Part shown: positions 23,995 through 37,663 of the stretch, piece after piece
Layout: the number at the start of each line of letters is the position of its first letter
Position numbering within the stretch: the stretch's first letter is position 1
Translations under genes and position numbers: made by a program
NCBI RefSeq assembly: GCF_006345805.1
Contig: NC_043009.1
Location: forward strand, 4,030,001-4,094,000
Direction of reading: 5' to 3'
DNA length: 64,000 bases
DNA from: Octopus sinensis
Lineage: Eukaryota
The notes under the pieces: generated by a model
The model's database searches: none
The model's input: only the letters and a program-made list of their open reading frames with translations
What the model was told of the DNA's origin: nothing

Positions 23995-24870
23995 GCGGTT
24001 AGAGGTGACCGGTGTCCTGTGATGAAAAACAAAGGATTGTATGCCTTCACCAAGAGGACAAGTCAAATTTTCTGATTAGAATGTCACTGAAAGATAGGTT
24101 TAAGAGTGTTGCTGAGATATCCCGCTAGTTTAATTCCATTTCCAGTGTCAATGTATTGCGCAAAACAATTTCTCGGAGGTTACGAGGTTCTGGGTTGCTT
24201 GCTCGGGCATCGGCAAAGAAACCTTTGATCTCCAACAAGAATCAATGACCCCCGTTTCGTTTTGCTCACGAACATGTCGTTATGGCAGAAGAACAGTGGT
24301 CGCAGGTTCATTTGGCGATGAATTAAAGTTTAATGTGTTGGTTCCCATGGCAGGATGTACGTCCGACGAAGAAGTGGTGAAAGGTTATCTCGTGCTTGTG
24401 TGAAGAAGATAGTGAAATATGGAATAGGCAGTGCAATGGTATGGGGGAGGATCTCTGCTGCTGGTCTTGATCCCTTTATTCGCCTACAAGGCACTGTCAA
24501 GGTTGAAATCTACAAGCAGATTCTTAGACAGCATCGATCTTCCGCAACGATCTTCGTCAGTTCAACCTCTTATCTTCGTGAAGGGCAACACTACCTGTTA
24601 CACTGCGATGACAGTCAAAGATTTTTTTTAAGAGTTGAAAGGGTTGATTTCAAGGGCTGGCCACCTCAAAGTCCCGATCTCAACCCTAGAAAAAACCGTT
24701 TGGAAGGTTATTGGAGATGTGGCGCGAAGGAGAAATCCAAAGAATCATGATGAAGTCTGGGAATTATTGAAAAGCGAATGGAACAATATTACTCCATTCT
24801 GTAATACTCCTGTGGTAACAGATGTCAGGGGGTCATTGAGATAGTAAAGGGATGTTCGCAAAATATTAAT
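23995..24870 (+). pseudogene. Degenerate Tc1-like transposase remnant
   Basis: KKPLISNKNQ, FAHEH...QWSQVHF/DELKF, VKYGIGSAMVWG, FVKGNTTCYTA (FQQDNAPCHTA-like), WPPQSPDLNP; multiple frameshifts; TIRs not found. Confidence 0.85.
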
Positions 24871-26999
24871 AGTAAGGGTTTCTTTTTTGTTCTTGTTCCA
24901 TTTTTCATTGTTTTTCCAAGTGACACTTAACTTTTGGCTGTTGCTGTTTGGAAGATTATTTCTTTATTTCCTCATAACTTACGAAATATTCATTCCAGTT
25001 ACTTGAAATTTTCACGAAAGATAGATTTTAGATATATCTAAATATGTGTAAGACATCTACTCTTAATGTTTTGTTAATCTTCTATGATAAATATTTCAGT
25101 ACATTTGTTCTTAACGACTCTTATATTATGGCGCTAATCTATATATCCAATCGTTCTTAATATATTCGGACATGTAGGAACGTGAATATCTGAGGACTGC
25201 TGTCACCGTTATCGGAGGAGAATACCATGAACGTGTGTTATGAATACATCGTTGGAAGAAGGGTGGTGTTTTCCGATGACGGAATACAAAAGTCTGTCTG
25301 GACGTATTAAGAATGATTAGATTATCTTTGTAGATCATCTACCCAGAATTGAAAGATGCAGCAGACGATTTAGAAACTAAAATTTGTTGTAAAGACATTC
25401 TCCTGTTAAATAAAAGAAACCCTATAATCTATGCTTTGCAACCTGTCTGTGAAAAATCAATTTGAGATTTTTGTTATATCTATAGATCACCGCTTGGTGT
25501 CGGCAGAGCATATCTCCTATATGTAATAGAGCGACATAGAAGCGTGGTGAACAGTTGCAGGTAAATAAAATGTAAGAGATACTGTTAAATCCCCAATCCG
25601 AAGCATTCTGGAATATCTTTTGGACGAATGATTCCCAATGCATCCTCAACACCATCTCGGTGCAATGAAAAGGAAAGTTTTTCGGTTCACTGCTTTAAAT
25701 GTAGTTAATGCTGCAGAAATTATAACTGTCGACAGCTGACACAGAACACCGGTTGATGTAGCAACTGTTTTCCACACGATGCGCACGAACCTTAACCTGT
25801 CAGAACTCAGAGGATTGTTACCACTGTAATATGAAATGTCAGATTTTGTGTTTATAAGAGCCGGTGTGTCCACGCCTGTTTAGGGCCTCTTAGAAACCAC
25901 TCATTGAACGCGAAAATTGATCTAACAGTACGTATTAGAACATGTTCCACCTGGTGGTAACAAGTAGACATCTTCTATTGTAGCTGTACGAAAACTAGAC
26001 AAAAAAATTTACATATCTATGGTGACAACAAGGAAGGCGTTAATCACGTGACTCTTAGCCTGTCATATTCAATACACCTGTCTCTCATTAGCTACATAGA
26101 TTTCATTTTTTATATTTTTATGTATTCATTTATATTTATTTTATATATTTATTTATTTGCTACATTCAATTTCAAGGATGCACACCACCAAATTCAAATA
26201 AAGGCAATCTTAAAGATAACACTGTCAATAACACATTCATTAGTTTGCTTAGATTTACGCAAACGCCTTACAGTAGTGATTCCCAACGTAAGGCATACGC
26301 CCCACCATTGGACCCTGGGAAAATTGTGGTGGGGGCGTGGGATCCAATATATTTACTCTTCCCTTTTTTAGAGAGACATAGAATAGTGAAAATCTTTTTT
26401 TTACGCAGCAAACATACTACACCATACGCTTTCTCAACCACCAGTAGAGCATGTATTTTTTATGGGGAATTTATGGTGGGGCCTGGAGATAAATAGGTTG
26501 GAAAACTCTGCCTTGCAGGGTAAAGTCTGCAAGAACCATTTATTAACGTGCGATAGAAAAGATCTTGGTGACGGTGTATAAAATTAAAATAGTCTTTGAA
26601 GATTATATATTTTGGATGCACACCTGAGATATTACTCCAGATCTACATTTGATCCTGAAAATACCCGATGCTTCTCCACCCTCAAATAAACAAATTGAGT
26701 CTTGTTAAGATTGGTAAAATAATAGATATTAGCCAAAATATTCTATAATAGATATTAGCCAAAATATTCTATGCTGAAGAATATAGTTGAATTTGGTTGT
26801 CAATTGTTCAGTACGGAGTATTCAATGATTTTTAAAATTCTTACTGAGAATTGTGTCCTGAGTAGATTTGATACCAACTAAGATGTTTTGTTGACGACCG
26901 ATGCTAGTGGATGAAATAAACTTCGAAGATGCTTTGTTGCATATCTTTCTCCTGGTGGCAACAAGAGTTCTCCTAATGCTGGAACCATTTCTGTATCTT

Positions 27000-27370
27000 C
27001 TCTGGATCACAAGCGTTTCATCCTTCACCTTCTACACTCCGTTTGAGAGGAGCGCGAGGACCGAATTAGTGTTTGGCTACAGAAGGATTCCCTCAGCGAT
27101 CTTTAATCAACCACAACTAGCCTGAACTGATTTCAACTGCTATTGCTAGCCCCTCGGTTACTTTCTCCAGTCGTTTGTGTTCCAAATCAATTTTCTGCAG
27201 GACATATCGTACTGATCCAACTGGAAAACCACGACAACCGACTTCAATAGGAAATGCGGCCGCATATCATCCTTTGACAAAAGCCTCATCAGACAATCAT
27301 GATTTTTTATCGCAGAGTAACCACTTAGAAATATATTTATAACAGGTTAACTCGTGCTCGAACTAATTGG
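27000..27370 (-). mobile_element. 3' remnant of an RLE-type non-LTR retrotransposon (HERO-like)
   Basis: Minus strand from 27254: FPIEVGCRGFPVGSVRYVLQKIDL...LAIAVEISSG*LWL. Confidence 0.75.
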
Positions 27371-27524
27371 GCAGATACTGGGAAAGAAAATACCTATTTT
27401 GATTCGAACACCGGCCACTTAAATTCATCATGAATACCTGCATAGAAATTCCTGAGATTTCATTTTCAAAAATACTGTGCTGGTGTATCTTGCATGCAGT
27501 ATTTCATTTTGATATATATCAGTC

Positions 27525-27740
27525 AAGAAGGCAGACAGTTGATAGAATAGTTAATGCGTCGGGTAAAATGTTTAGTAACTTTTCTTCTGGCTCTTACATT
27601 TCTGATTCCAGATTTCAACGAGGTCCACTTAACCATTTCATTCTTTCGGATTCGATAAAATAAGTACCAATCCAGCACGAAGGCCGATGTTGGTCGACTT
27701 CCCACCTTCCCACAAAATTGCTGGCGCTGTATCAAAATAT
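27525..27740 (+). mobile_element. Diverged SINE family B
   Basis: GATAGAATAGTTAATGCGTCGG...TTTCATTCTTTCGGATTCGATAAAATAAGTACCA. Confidence 0.7.
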
Positions 27741-30265
27741 GTGAGGAAAATTGCATTTTCCACTAATACGCGCTTTCTCATTTACATTTTAGGATACAAC
27801 AAGATTCTATTTCGGATAATGGAAAGGAATTAAACTGTTATTTCTTGATAGCCTAATTTCTGAAACACCATAACGAACCAATACTAGAGAAAATATTTTC
27901 AAGAATGAAATAAAATTGATTGCCTGGAGTCTACTTTTCTAATGCTAAGAGACCTTATAAGCGAGATCAAACATAGATTAACTTTTGAAGATAGATTTCT
28001 CAGCATTTGTGACCCTATAGCTCCACCTAAAGTATCCAGGAGGCAATTCATTGTGTCCATGACGACGTCCATTGTAATATTATTGAGACTCTTAATCACC
28101 GAATGCTTGGTGGTCTGACTATCCACACAATGTAGAGGACTACACACATAGATGTCCTAAATATGCGGACATTGTTGTGGAGTTTTTGTTTTGTTTATTT
28201 TTAAAAATTTTATTTATTTATTTATTTATTTATTTATTTTAGCAGAACGGGTTTCGTTCGCGACCCAAGTCGATAGATATTCAGGCTCGTGTACAGAAGG
28301 ATCATGCCCACCTTAATTGCATCGGATTGCTGTCTATCACGAGGAAGTCTTTCTCAACGTAATCAAAGCGTGACCGTAATAGGAAGAGTTTGACCATAAA
28401 ACATGTGTTACGAGTAATTTACCTTGGGATTGTTGTACCAAAACACTTTGGACAGAAAACGTCCCCGAATTTCATGATATCTCTTTTATTTGTTCACATG
28501 AGAATTGGTTGAATTCCTTACAAAACACTTTGTGTTAACGCCAATGAACGAACGGTTCAAACAATTAAAATGAAGTTAAATAAGCTTTTCTCTCGGGAAA
28601 CAGATTTGTCATTTGTTTTCCTGGTGTGACTCAGTAACATTACAGCCAAAGAGCTACAAACCTACATCGTTCCAAGAGGTTTACAAATGCATTCTACATT
28701 GATAGGATATCAGATACGTGTAACCTTGACTATATCTTGTAACATAGATAAGTAGATGTAGTGTAAGAACAATAAATGTTCAGCACATAGAAATTGGAAA
28801 CTTAGTATTGCGAGCTGGAAGTGATACTGTCCTCATTATGGAGAATGAAATGGAAACTTTGCATCATGGAGACCAGATCACATATAAACATGAAGTACTT
28901 GAAGCAAGAGGGGATGACGATGATGCTGATGGTAACGGTGCATCACATGGGGAAGCAATCGTATAGATGGTAAACTGTAACGAGATCAAACTTGTGATAG
29001 GGTCGTTACGTGAAATAGTTGAAATAACCTGAAGTCAATGCTTCTACGTATCAGGGAAACGTGAATTGAATAGCAATATTATATGACGTTATTGTGAGAA
29101 TACGAAACGCGGGTACGCAAACACACACACACACACACACACACACGTATCATGAAGACAACACAATCTATCTGCTAGATGATTCGCTGTACCCCAGTAA
29201 ATGAGACTATTGTGATATACACAATTTTGAACTTTAATTTTGTATTCCATCTTATATAAACGTTCCTTGTTTAACTACGAATTGTTATATATATATATAT
29301 ATATATATATTTCATGTTTCCGTGAATAGTTTACCTGATGATAGATAGATAGGTGAGAGAGATGTGGGGAAGACAACAGGCAAAATGAGATAGAGTGAGG
29401 GATAGAGCGGGATAGAATATATCTACTGTGTAAGGTACATGTATATAGAAATAAGAAATAAGTTAACTGGAAAGAACGACAAGAGAGAAGGAGAGCTATA
29501 GAGAGATGGGGTGAGACCAGTAAGTGTAAAAATGAGTGAAAGAAAAGCGTATGATAGCTAAAGAGGAGAAAATATGTCTTTCAAATATAGGGAGAGAAAA
29601 GCAATAATGAAGAAGAAATAAAAAAAAGATAATGTAAGAAAACCAATGAAAGATTGTGTAAAAGAGAAGAGAGAATGAATAAGGCTAAATGAGTAAGAGA
29701 GACAGACTATTCGAGAATATTTTTGAGAAATAAAGAGAAATTGTTAAGATAAAAATAAAGATTAAGAAAGTAAACGTAACGGTGATAAAGAAAGTGAAAG
29801 TAAGTTGATGGAAGGGGGTGGGGGAGCTGAAAAAGACAATAAAGAAAGACAGAAAGAACTAAGGTTACTGTTTGAGAGAGAAAGAGGGAGAGAGAAAGAT
29901 AGAATAACGGATGAGTGAAACGAAATGTAATGACAATGTTGGAATATATAGTTAGATATGAAGGAAGGAAAACTAGTGAAAAAGAGTCACAAGGTGATTG
30001 TTGGTTTGGTGTGTGTGTGAGAGAGAGAGAGTTGCATACGCGTGCACACACACACAGCACGCAAGTGAGAGGAAAGAGTGTGTGTGTGTGCGCGCGCTTA
30101 TGTGTGTATGTGTGTTCGTTACATATGTATTGTAGCGCGCACACACGAACATTGTCACATACGAGTGACAGAAATATATGTAGAACGGTTAAAGAACTGA
30201 AAAGACTGACAGATACACACACACACGCGTGTGTGTGTGTGTGTATATATATATATATGTTTATA

Positions 30266-30299
<34 letters not shown>

Positions 30300-31429
30300 G
30301 TTATATATTTACTACTATATTTATATGTGAATATATGTGTGTGTATACATACATACATACATACTATACAATATATATATACATACAATATATATGTGTA
30401 TGGATACATACATATACACACGTGTGTGTATGTATGTATGTATATAATGTAAACGTCTCTACAGACATACATATTTAAGGGAGAAAGGTAGATGCAGGCA
30501 TACCGCCTTACAAAGACAAATATCTGTAACAATATTAGAAAGAGAGATATCTAAAGAGTGAGACACAGAATGAAGAAAGAAAGAAAGAAAGAAAGAGAGA
30601 AAGAAAAACAGAAAGAAAGAAAAAAAGAAAGAAAGAAAGGAAGGAAGAGAGAAAGCAAACAAATGAAAGAACAAAGAAATATCGAAAGAAAGAATGAAAT
30701 AGAAGCAGAAATAAAGGAGAAAGATTGAGAGAGGAAGAAAGATAGAAAAGGTATAGGTTAGTTGGAATTGTCAACGTAGAAAGCGACTCACAGTATAGTT
30801 CCAACACACACACACACACACACACCACACACACACACACATACACATACACACACGCTTAAACCACTCCAAGGCCTCCATAGCAGCAGATGCGCAGAAC
30901 AGACTCGATTTCTGACGTGTTCGCGCAGCACAGCAATATGTGACGGAAGGAGAGTAAGAAGTGGTGGTGGTGGTGATGGGGGGGAACGGTGCTATGACAT
31001 TCGGCGTTAATGGCGGTGACAGAGATGCACAACGATGACGATGATGATGATGGTGATTGTGGTGTTTGTGTGACAGCGGCAATAGTTGTGACGATACGTT
31101 CAATGCTATGTCTCGTCTCACTGCTACTCGTTGCTGCCTTTGTCGAATGTAACTGTTGTTGTTGTGGTTGTTACTGTTGTATAGCCCCAGGTTGTGTTCT
31201 GATTGAAACGAAGTATGTGGTCAATGGAAGCGCTTCCAACCACGACCATCTCGTCTCCGCTTACTCCTTTATCCACTGTATCCTTTTCTTTTGAAGAAGA
31301 ACAGTGATTTGATAGATATTTGGCTGCTATTTCTTGCAGGTTGAAACAACCACATAGAGATCCTTCGCCGGCTTAATTGTTGATGCTTTATAAGTTGTAG
31401 TTGTAATGTTAGTGTTAGAAGTGGTAGTC

Positions 31430-31850
31430 GTGGTCTCTGTGTCGGAAGTGATGTTTGTGTTCTAGTATTGGAAGTGGTAGTAGAGTTAGTGTTAGAAGTG
31501 GTGTTTGTGTTCTAGTGTTAGGAGTGGTGTTTGTGTTCTAGTGTTAAAAGTGGTGTTTGTGTTCAAGTATTGGAAGTGATAGTCGTAGTGTTAATGTTAA
31601 AAGTGATGCTTGTGTTCTAGTGTTAAAAGTGGTGTTTGTGTTCTAGTAATGGAAGTGGTAGTCGTAGTAGTGTTAATGTTGAAAGTGGTGTTTGTGTCTA
31701 GTGTTAAAAGTGATTGTGTTCTAGTGTCAAAAGTGGTCTTTGTGTTCTAGTGTTTAAAATGGTGTTTCTGTTCTAGTATTGGAAATGGTAGTTGCAGTGT
31801 TAGTGTTAAAAGTGGTGTTTGTGTTCTAGCACTGGAAGTGGTAGTGTTAG
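31430..31850. repeat. Degenerate minisatellite, unit about 26 bp
   Basis: Recurrent GTGTTAAAAGTGGTGTTTGTGTTCTA. Confidence 0.85.
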
Positions 31851-32774
31851 TGGTGGAAGCATTAGTCTAGGTGTAAACACAAGTGTATATATAGTATTTG
31901 CAGTGACGTTTATCGTGTTGGTGAAAGTTTTGGTTGTAGTATTTGTTGTATTGGTGCCAGCGTTTGAAGTAGTGGATGAGTGTTGGTACTAGTATTAGAA
32001 GTAAAAACAGTAGTATTGGTGCTAGTAACGGGAGTAGTTATTGTAATGCTGGTGTTAATGCTAGTGTCCATAGTGGTACGGCTAGTTCTGGTGCCAGTGT
32101 GTGTAGTGGTGTCTGTAGTCTTCAGGAAGGAATGCAAATGGTGTCTGTAGCAGTAATACTTGCAATGAAAGTGGAAACAGTAGCGATGATGCTAGTTTGG
32201 GCATTGACAAACATAGTATAGGCACAAGTATTTGTTGTACTTGTAGTGGCGCTGCTTAAAGCATTTGCACTAGCTTCGGTAGTGGTGCTTGTATTATTTG
32301 TATTAGAGTTGGAACTGGTAGTTGTAGTGTTGCTACAACTCACAGTAGTGGTGTTTGAAGTGTTGGTGCTAGTACGGCAGAGGTAGCTCTAGTGTTTTAA
32401 GTAGCGAAACCTATAGTAGATCATGTTGGTTTCAATAATGCAGAGTTGTGGTTTCGATGGTAGTATGTGGTGGTGGTGGTGGTGGTGGTGGCGGCAGTGG
32501 TGGTGGCTGTTGTGGTGAAGGCTAGTTATGATGTGGTTAGTATTACTACTTGCATAACTGTTATTGTTGTCGTTGTTAAAGAAGTGTGCTGGTAGAATCG
32601 TTAGCACATCAGACACAATGTGTAGCAACATTTCTTTTAATTCTTTACGTTCAATGTTCAAATTCCGCCGTTGTCGACTTTGCCTTTCATCCTTTCGAGG
32701 GTCAATAAAAATCTTATAAACTTCTCTCCTGAAGATTTCCTGGTCTTGTACCAAAACTTGAAACCATTATTATT

Positions 32775-34060
32775 GCTGTTTGGTTCCTAGGTGGCCCTAA
32801 TTGAACAGACATATTTTCAAAGGTATTCCTATAACTTTATTTGCTGGGAATTTAGTACAATATCATCCAGTGTAACTGTGACATGAGGGTGATTTGGCCG
32901 CTATTTCTTACAGGTTGAGCAACCATAGATAAGCTTTTCTCGTTTTTTCAATGGTGTTGATGTCCGTTTTGGTAAAGACAGTATTTGTGAAATTGTGATG
33001 GTGATACTATGATGCTGCCGTTAGTCATATAGTCGTGATCTTGGTATTGTTCTTGTTACGATGTTGATGGTGTTGTTTTGGCGGCACAGTTGTTGTGGTG
33101 GTGTTGGTTTAGTGGTTTCTGTTGCAGTATTGTGATGGTTGTGGCACTTTTGTTCCGATTGTGTGGTTGCAGTTGTGGTGACGTTAGTATTACCGTTAAT
33201 TTTATTTTATTCTTTTTTTTACTTTGCAGTTGGTATTGTCGAGAGCATTGTTGTTGTTATGATGGTCGAGTTAGTGTCATTGATACTGGCTGCTGTTGTT
33301 GTTGTGAAGGTGGCGTTGTTGTCGTTGCTGGGATTGTTATAGCATCCTCATGGTGATGAGATCATGGTGATGGTGTTCACATGGTCTTATCGACGGTGGC
33401 GGTTGTGGTACTGACAACATAGTATTGTTAGAAACGTATAATAACTGTAGTTGTGATAACACTGTATTCTTGTTAGTGTTGATAGCTATAATGTAGATGA
33501 ATAGTTTAGTGCATGGTCGGTGTTTAACCCTAGGTCACTTATTTTCAAGCTATGATCACATACATTCCAATCGCGACCATCTGTTTTTTTTTCTTTTATA
33601 CAAGAACGCAATTCCTTATTAACAAACGTTATCAGTTTTTAAGACAGATTGTGATCTGTTCAACATTTTGGCTGCTATTTCTAACAGGACTAGCGTCAGA
33701 TGTAAGGGTTAATGGGGACGGTTGTGATTGTGTGATGGGAGTGAAGTACCAAAAATAATGGTGGTGGTGGTGAGGTGGATGCTAATTATGTTGGTGACAA
33801 TTTTAAATACGGTGATGTGTTGTTGTTTTTACGGCTGTCATTGATGTTGTCAGTGTATAGCCCTAGGTCGGACCTATTCAGTAAGACCCATGGTCATAGA
33901 AATTCCAGCCGTGCCCATCCCTATTTTTTCCTACACACAATGAAACCGGGACCACCTTATCCAACACGTGCTTTATTTTTAAATGGTAGTGCGTGATTTG
34001 ACGATGATTAGGCTGCTATGTCTAGCAGAGCGAGTGACCACACAGAGGCTCCATCATTTG
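32775..34060 (+). mobile_element. Several diverged fragments of an old repeat family C
   Basis: TTGGCTGCTATTTCTAGCAGG.CGAG.GACCA-like motif near 32895, 33668 and 34010 (also near 31320, 35420, 35730, 45083, and reverse near 11340, 40160, 42400, 44010), preceded by CC.AGGTC....GACCTAT...ATTCCAGCC.TG.CCATC. Confidence 0.6.
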
Positions 34061-35073
34061 TTATTGTTATATATAGTGGTGATGATGATGATGATGCAGA
34101 TGGCGGCGCTACTAAATCATAGAAGAATGAAAGAATGACAGAATAAAGTAAGAAATAAAGAAACATGTTCCATGAGTTTACGACTGCTGCCGCTGCTGCT
34201 GCTGCTGCTGCAGCAGCCACTGATGTTGTTGTTGGTGTTGACGATGATACTGCTGCTGATCATGATGATGATGATGTTGTCACTATTGTCGCTGTCGTTA
34301 TTTGCAACGCCTGTTATTGCTGCTGCTACAGCCGCTGCTGCTGCTGCTGTTGTTGATGCTGTTGTTGTCGTCGATGCTGGAAAAGATGATGACGATGATG
34401 ATGATGACGGCGACGATCATAATTATGATGAGGATGATGATGATGATGACGATGATGATCGTTGCGATGACGACAACGATAATCACAAACGTTGTGATGA
34501 TGATTGCGGTGGCGATTGTGGTGGTGGAGATGATGGCGGCGGCGGCAGTGGCGGCGGCGGTGGTGGTGGTCGTGGTGGTGGTGGTGGTGGTGAATGTTGT
34601 GGTGATGGTGGAGGAGAAGACGATGATGGTTGCGGTGGTAGTGGTGGTGATGGGTGCGATGCGACGATGGTAGTGATGATGATGATGGTGACGATGATCA
34701 TGGTGTAGTTGTCATCGATTCTCTTTCTGCTGCCTGTCATCACCATTGATACTTACTACGACTACCATGCCGTAACCATCGACATCACAACCATCGCCAT
34801 CATTGCCACCACCACCACCACCACCACCACCACCTTTGTGAACCATACCACTTCTATAATGACCATGACCACCAGCACCACCACCGTCAAAGGCCACCGC
34901 CACTATCGCCACCACCAACAACAGCAACACTAACAACATCGACGCCATCGGCAAGTCCAAGTTATAACACCGCCACCACCACCATCATCATCACAACCAT
35001 TGTATCACCGTCTCCAACAACTATACCAGCACCACCACCACCACCACTACTACTACTACTACTACCACTACTG

Positions 35074-35105
<32 letters not shown>

Positions 35106-35400
35106 GCCATTATCGTCGTCGTTGTCTCCAACAGCTGAAAGAAAACCATCGCCGTTACCATCAACAGCAGCATCCTCACCGTCGTTTATCACCAACAACA
35201 GTTGTATAATCGCCATCACCATCACCACAATCACTGTCATCATCAAGAACATCTAAAAAGTCACCACCGTCATCATCATCATCATCATCCTCATCATCGT
35301 CCACAGTTATAATACAATCACCATCAACATCATCATCAACAATAACTATAGCAGTATGATTATCACTACCATCAAAACTATCAGCAACATCAAAGAAAAT
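34060..35400. repeat. Mixed trinucleotide low-complexity tract (GCT, GAT, GGT, then CAC, CAT, TAC)
   Basis: Directly visible; explains the poly-amino-acid ORFs. Confidence 0.9.
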
Positions 35401-35840
35401 AAGGCTATGATTCCAGAGAGATTTGGTTTCTATTTCTAGCAATGGGTTTCTTCGAACAAATCCACCCGAATGCTTATTATTATTATTATTTTATTTTTTT
35501 AATTATTTTTATTGTTGTTGTTGTTATTATTACTATTACTATTGTTGTTGTTGTTATTCTGGTACTTTTTCTATCGTTCAGTTTCGCCGAATCGCTAAGT
35601 TACGGGGACGTAAACAAACCAGCGACAGTTGTCAAACGATGGCGAGGAGGGGTGGGTGGGGAAGGGTGGAACTCAGATGTTGTGACACACGCGTACACAG
35701 ACCGAGGGTCTGATTTTAGAGAGATTGTCCTTCTATTTCTAGCAAATCGCTCGACCACAGAAAAACCACTTCGTGGCTCCAACAGTTGTAGTAGTACTAG
35801 TAATAACGGTGGTGGTTAGTATGTTAGCCCAGTAAACAAC

Positions 35841-35881
<41 letters not shown>

Positions 35882-35989
35882 ACGAGTGTGGGTGGATTTG
35901 TCACTGAATTCAATTTAACAGGATGGGTGGAGTGATTGAAACGCATTATATATCAACTAACCGTTTTACCTTGCTAACTGAGTTCAAAT

Positions 35990-36378
35990 TCTTTTCTACT
36001 CTAGGCACAAGGCCCGAAATTTTGTGGGAGGGGGCCAGTCGATTAGATCGACCCCAGTACGCAACTGGTACTTAAGTTATCAACCTCGAAAGGATGAAAC
36101 CAAAGTCAACCTCAAAGCAAAGTTGAACTCAGAACATAAAGACAGACGAAATACCTATTTCTTTACTACCCACAAGGGGCTAAACACAGAGGGGACAAAC
36201 AAGGACAGACAAACGGATTAAGTCGATTGCATCGACCCCAGTGCGTAACTGGTAGTTAATTTATCGACCCTGAAAGGATGAAAGGCAAAGTCGACCTCGG
36301 CGGAATTTGAACTCAGAACGTAACGGCAAACGAAATACGGCTACGCATTTCGCCCGGCGTGCTAACGATTCTGCCACC
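35990..36378 (-). mobile_element. SINE family B dimeric copy
   Basis: Tail, two internal units and head (…CGCCCGGCGTGCTAACGATTCTGCCA). Confidence 0.9.
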
Positions 36379-36909
36379 ATCAAATGATTACCAGTTTCGG
36401 ACTCAGTCAGTGCAATCCGCAATACTTTTATCTAACAAACATATGGACTAGGGTCAATTTCTTTAACATTAAACTCTCATAAAATGTATCGTGTCTAACC
36501 TCAAAATATTTCGGCTGTAGACCCCAAATATATTGACTCCCAGAATATTTGGTTTATACTGCCAACATATGTCTACAGTACCCTTCTAAAAATATACTCT
36601 ACTCTCAATATATTTCGACTCTACTTCAAATCAAAAATATATTTACTTTGCCCTCAAACCATCAAAGTGCATGAATTATACCCCCAAAATATATCCACTC
36701 TAACCTCCAAATTATATAGATTGCATCCTCCAGAATATACCGACGCTGGCCTCCAAAATTTATAGTCCCCTCCACCTCCAGAATATACAGAATCTGTCTT
36801 CCAAATTCTATATACACAGATTGTTCGAAAATTACCGGTCCTGTTCTGTACACCACATGTCTTCGTCTTTTGCTTTTTTTCGTAAATTCTCCCGATATAT
36901 ATATATATA

Positions 36910-37150
36910 TATATATTATATAAAATCCGTTCTCTCAGTCTCTGTGTGTGTGTCTTCTAGGATCTCGGGCATCCTCCATCCGATTGCGCTCAAATTTAAT
37001 ATGTTTATACCGACGGTATCAGGGCGTGTATTAATCTTGAAAAAATTACAAAAATCGATTCCAGGTGAGAATGCGATCGATAAAGCCGTTTTTGTCCAGC
37101 TTTTCTTCACTCCATCCCAAAAAATTGACACCAATCCGAAAATAAACTAC
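36910..37150 (+). mobile_element. Helitron-like non-autonomous element, 5' part
   Basis: TATATAAAA...GTCTCTGTGTGTGTGTC...ATCTCGG.CATCCTCCATCCGATTGCGCTCAAATTT resembles non-autonomous Helitron 5' regions; no 3' hairpin/CTRR end seen. Confidence 0.45.
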
Positions 37151-37169
37151 CGGTCTTCTCTTATATATG

Positions 37170-37318
37170 GGCGCAGGAGTAGCTTGCTTCCCGACCACAT
37201 GGTTCCGGGTTCAGTCCCACTGCGTTGCACTTTGGGCAAGTGTCTTCTACTAAAGCCACGGGCCGACCAAAGCCTCGTGAGTGGATTTGGTAGACAGAAA
37301 CGAAAGAAGCCCCTCCTG

Positions 37319-37369
<51 letters not shown>

Positions 37370-37389
37370 TATATATATATACATATATA

Positions 37390-37410
<21 letters not shown>
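37170..37410 (+). mobile_element. SINE family A, 5' part
   Basis: GGCGCAGGAGTAGCTTGCTTCCCGACCACATGGTTCCGGGTTCAGTCCCACTGCG... Confidence 0.88.
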
Positions 37411-37420
<10 letters not shown>

Positions 37421-37622
37421 TTCCTTCCCGTCATTCAATATGTGACCGCGGGTGTATTGTTGGCGATTTTCTTTCTCCGTCTTCCCTTCCTTGGACCTTT
37501 CCTTTTTCTATGTTTGTAACGAAGAGCTCCGCTCGAAACGTTAAATCCTCCTTCTTTCTTTCCTTTCCTGAGCGTCCAATAACACTATACTTGTTCCACG
37601 TCCTCGCGTTGTATTTTGGGAT

Positions 37623-37627
<5 letters not shown>
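37421..37627 (+). mobile_element. ~200-bp hammerhead-bearing repeat, copy 1 (core mutated)
   Basis: Aligns to 40293-40499; GTTT-GTAACGA-A-GAGC-tcc-GCTC-GAAA-CG-TT-AAAT at 37512-37546. Confidence 0.8.

Positions 37628-37663
<36 letters not shown>

Noticed and set aside
25944-25960. CTCF-like CCACCAGGTGG on minus
   Set aside because: Single short motif match, expected by chance and lacking context.
27005-27045. Ribozyme-like GAGTGT-A...GAA-ACGCTT pairing downstream of the HERO-like relic
   Set aside because: No CUGANGA core or stems I/II in a valid topology.
31430-31850. CRISPR-like periodic repeats
   Set aside because: Units are contiguous and degenerate with no unique spacers; eukaryotic minisatellite, no cas genes.
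34165-35252. Poly-Ala/Asp/Gly/Pro ORFs resembling transcription-factor low-complexity regions
   Set aside because: Open in several frames on both strands because of trinucleotide repeats; no folded domain.
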